25,055 bases of DNA from an uncultured Dehalococcoidales bacterium (GTDB taxonomy: Bacteria > Chloroflexota > Dehalococcoidia > GIF9 > AB-539-J10): NCBI GenBank assembly GCA_964540185.1, contig CAZILT010000068.1:1-25055 (forward strand), written 5' to 3'. Position numbers and translations under genes: made by a program. The notes below the pieces were generated by a model, which worked only from the letters and a program-made list of their open reading frames with translations, made no database searches and was not told the origin of the DNA. Positions 24,863 through 25,055 of this stretch are shown piece after piece; position 1 is the first letter of the stretch, and each line of letters starts with the position of its first letter.

Positions 24863-25055
24863 GTTTTCACCACCTTAATACTCTTATTGCTTTTGCGCCT
24901 GGCCTTAGCGAAAATCAACCGCAAAGGGGTACCATGAAAACCGAAACTACAACGAAGTTTATTTTCTAGATAACGCTGATAAGAAAAGTGAACCAAGCGC
25001 GGGTCATTAACCTGCAAGACGAAGGTTGAATGCCTGGATTCACCTTGATAAGCAT
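24859..25055 (-). CDS. der: Ribosome biogenesis GTPase Der/EngA, C-terminal fragment (5' part outside the window)
   Basis: ...[39 protein letters not shown]... KH-like domain. TGA stop overlaps the plsY ATG; canonical der-plsY-gpsA order. Confidence 0.9.
   Translation of the reverse strand, partial: AYQGESRHSTFVLQVNDPRLVHFSYQRYLENKLRCSFGFHGTPLRLIFAKARRKSNKSIKVVKT

Noticed and set aside
1-25055. CRISPR array, tRNA/rRNA genes, DnaA-box cluster (oriC), Sec/Pyl recoding
   Set aside because: No regularly spaced repeats, cloverleaf or rRNA-like sequence, or TTATCCACA cluster seen by eye. All recognised genes are complete without stop-codon read-through.

Overview
A 25-kb chromosomal window with no phage, IS or CRISPR. 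It is most likely from an anaerobic Chloroflexota (Dehalococcoidia-like) bacterium; this is inferred from gene order (yceD-rpmF-fabD-nusB-acpP; trxB-rplI-dnaB-DnaD-tandem DnaC; der-plsY-gpsA) and divergent motifs such as the GNTTWG GpsA. Content in order: a small membrane-protein gene with a structured leader; mutM; a five-gene operon (ATP-grasp CoA-ligase beta-like, 7-Cys ferredoxin, CoA-ligase alpha-like, CitE-family lyase, GlcD-like flavoprotein); the acpP/fabD cluster; a long coupled operon (M20 amidohydrolase, a split PlsA/PlsR/Ger-like trio, trxB, rplI, dnaB, DnaD, double-AAA+ loader); the panG-panD-panB-panC operon behind an attenuator-type leader; dnaJ; gpsA; plsY; and the 3' end of der. 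Best candidates for undescribed biology: (1) the ACL/CCS-like ligase + ferredoxin + CitE + GlcD operon, whose substrate pocket fits neither succinate nor citrate; (2) the split plasmalogen/ether-lipid-synthase-like module, divergent from the fatty-acid genes and coupled to core replication genes; (3) the pan leader with readable alternative pairings; (4) palindromic repeat remnants inside protein-coding sequences. All family assignments come from motif recognition by eye; no database searches were run.
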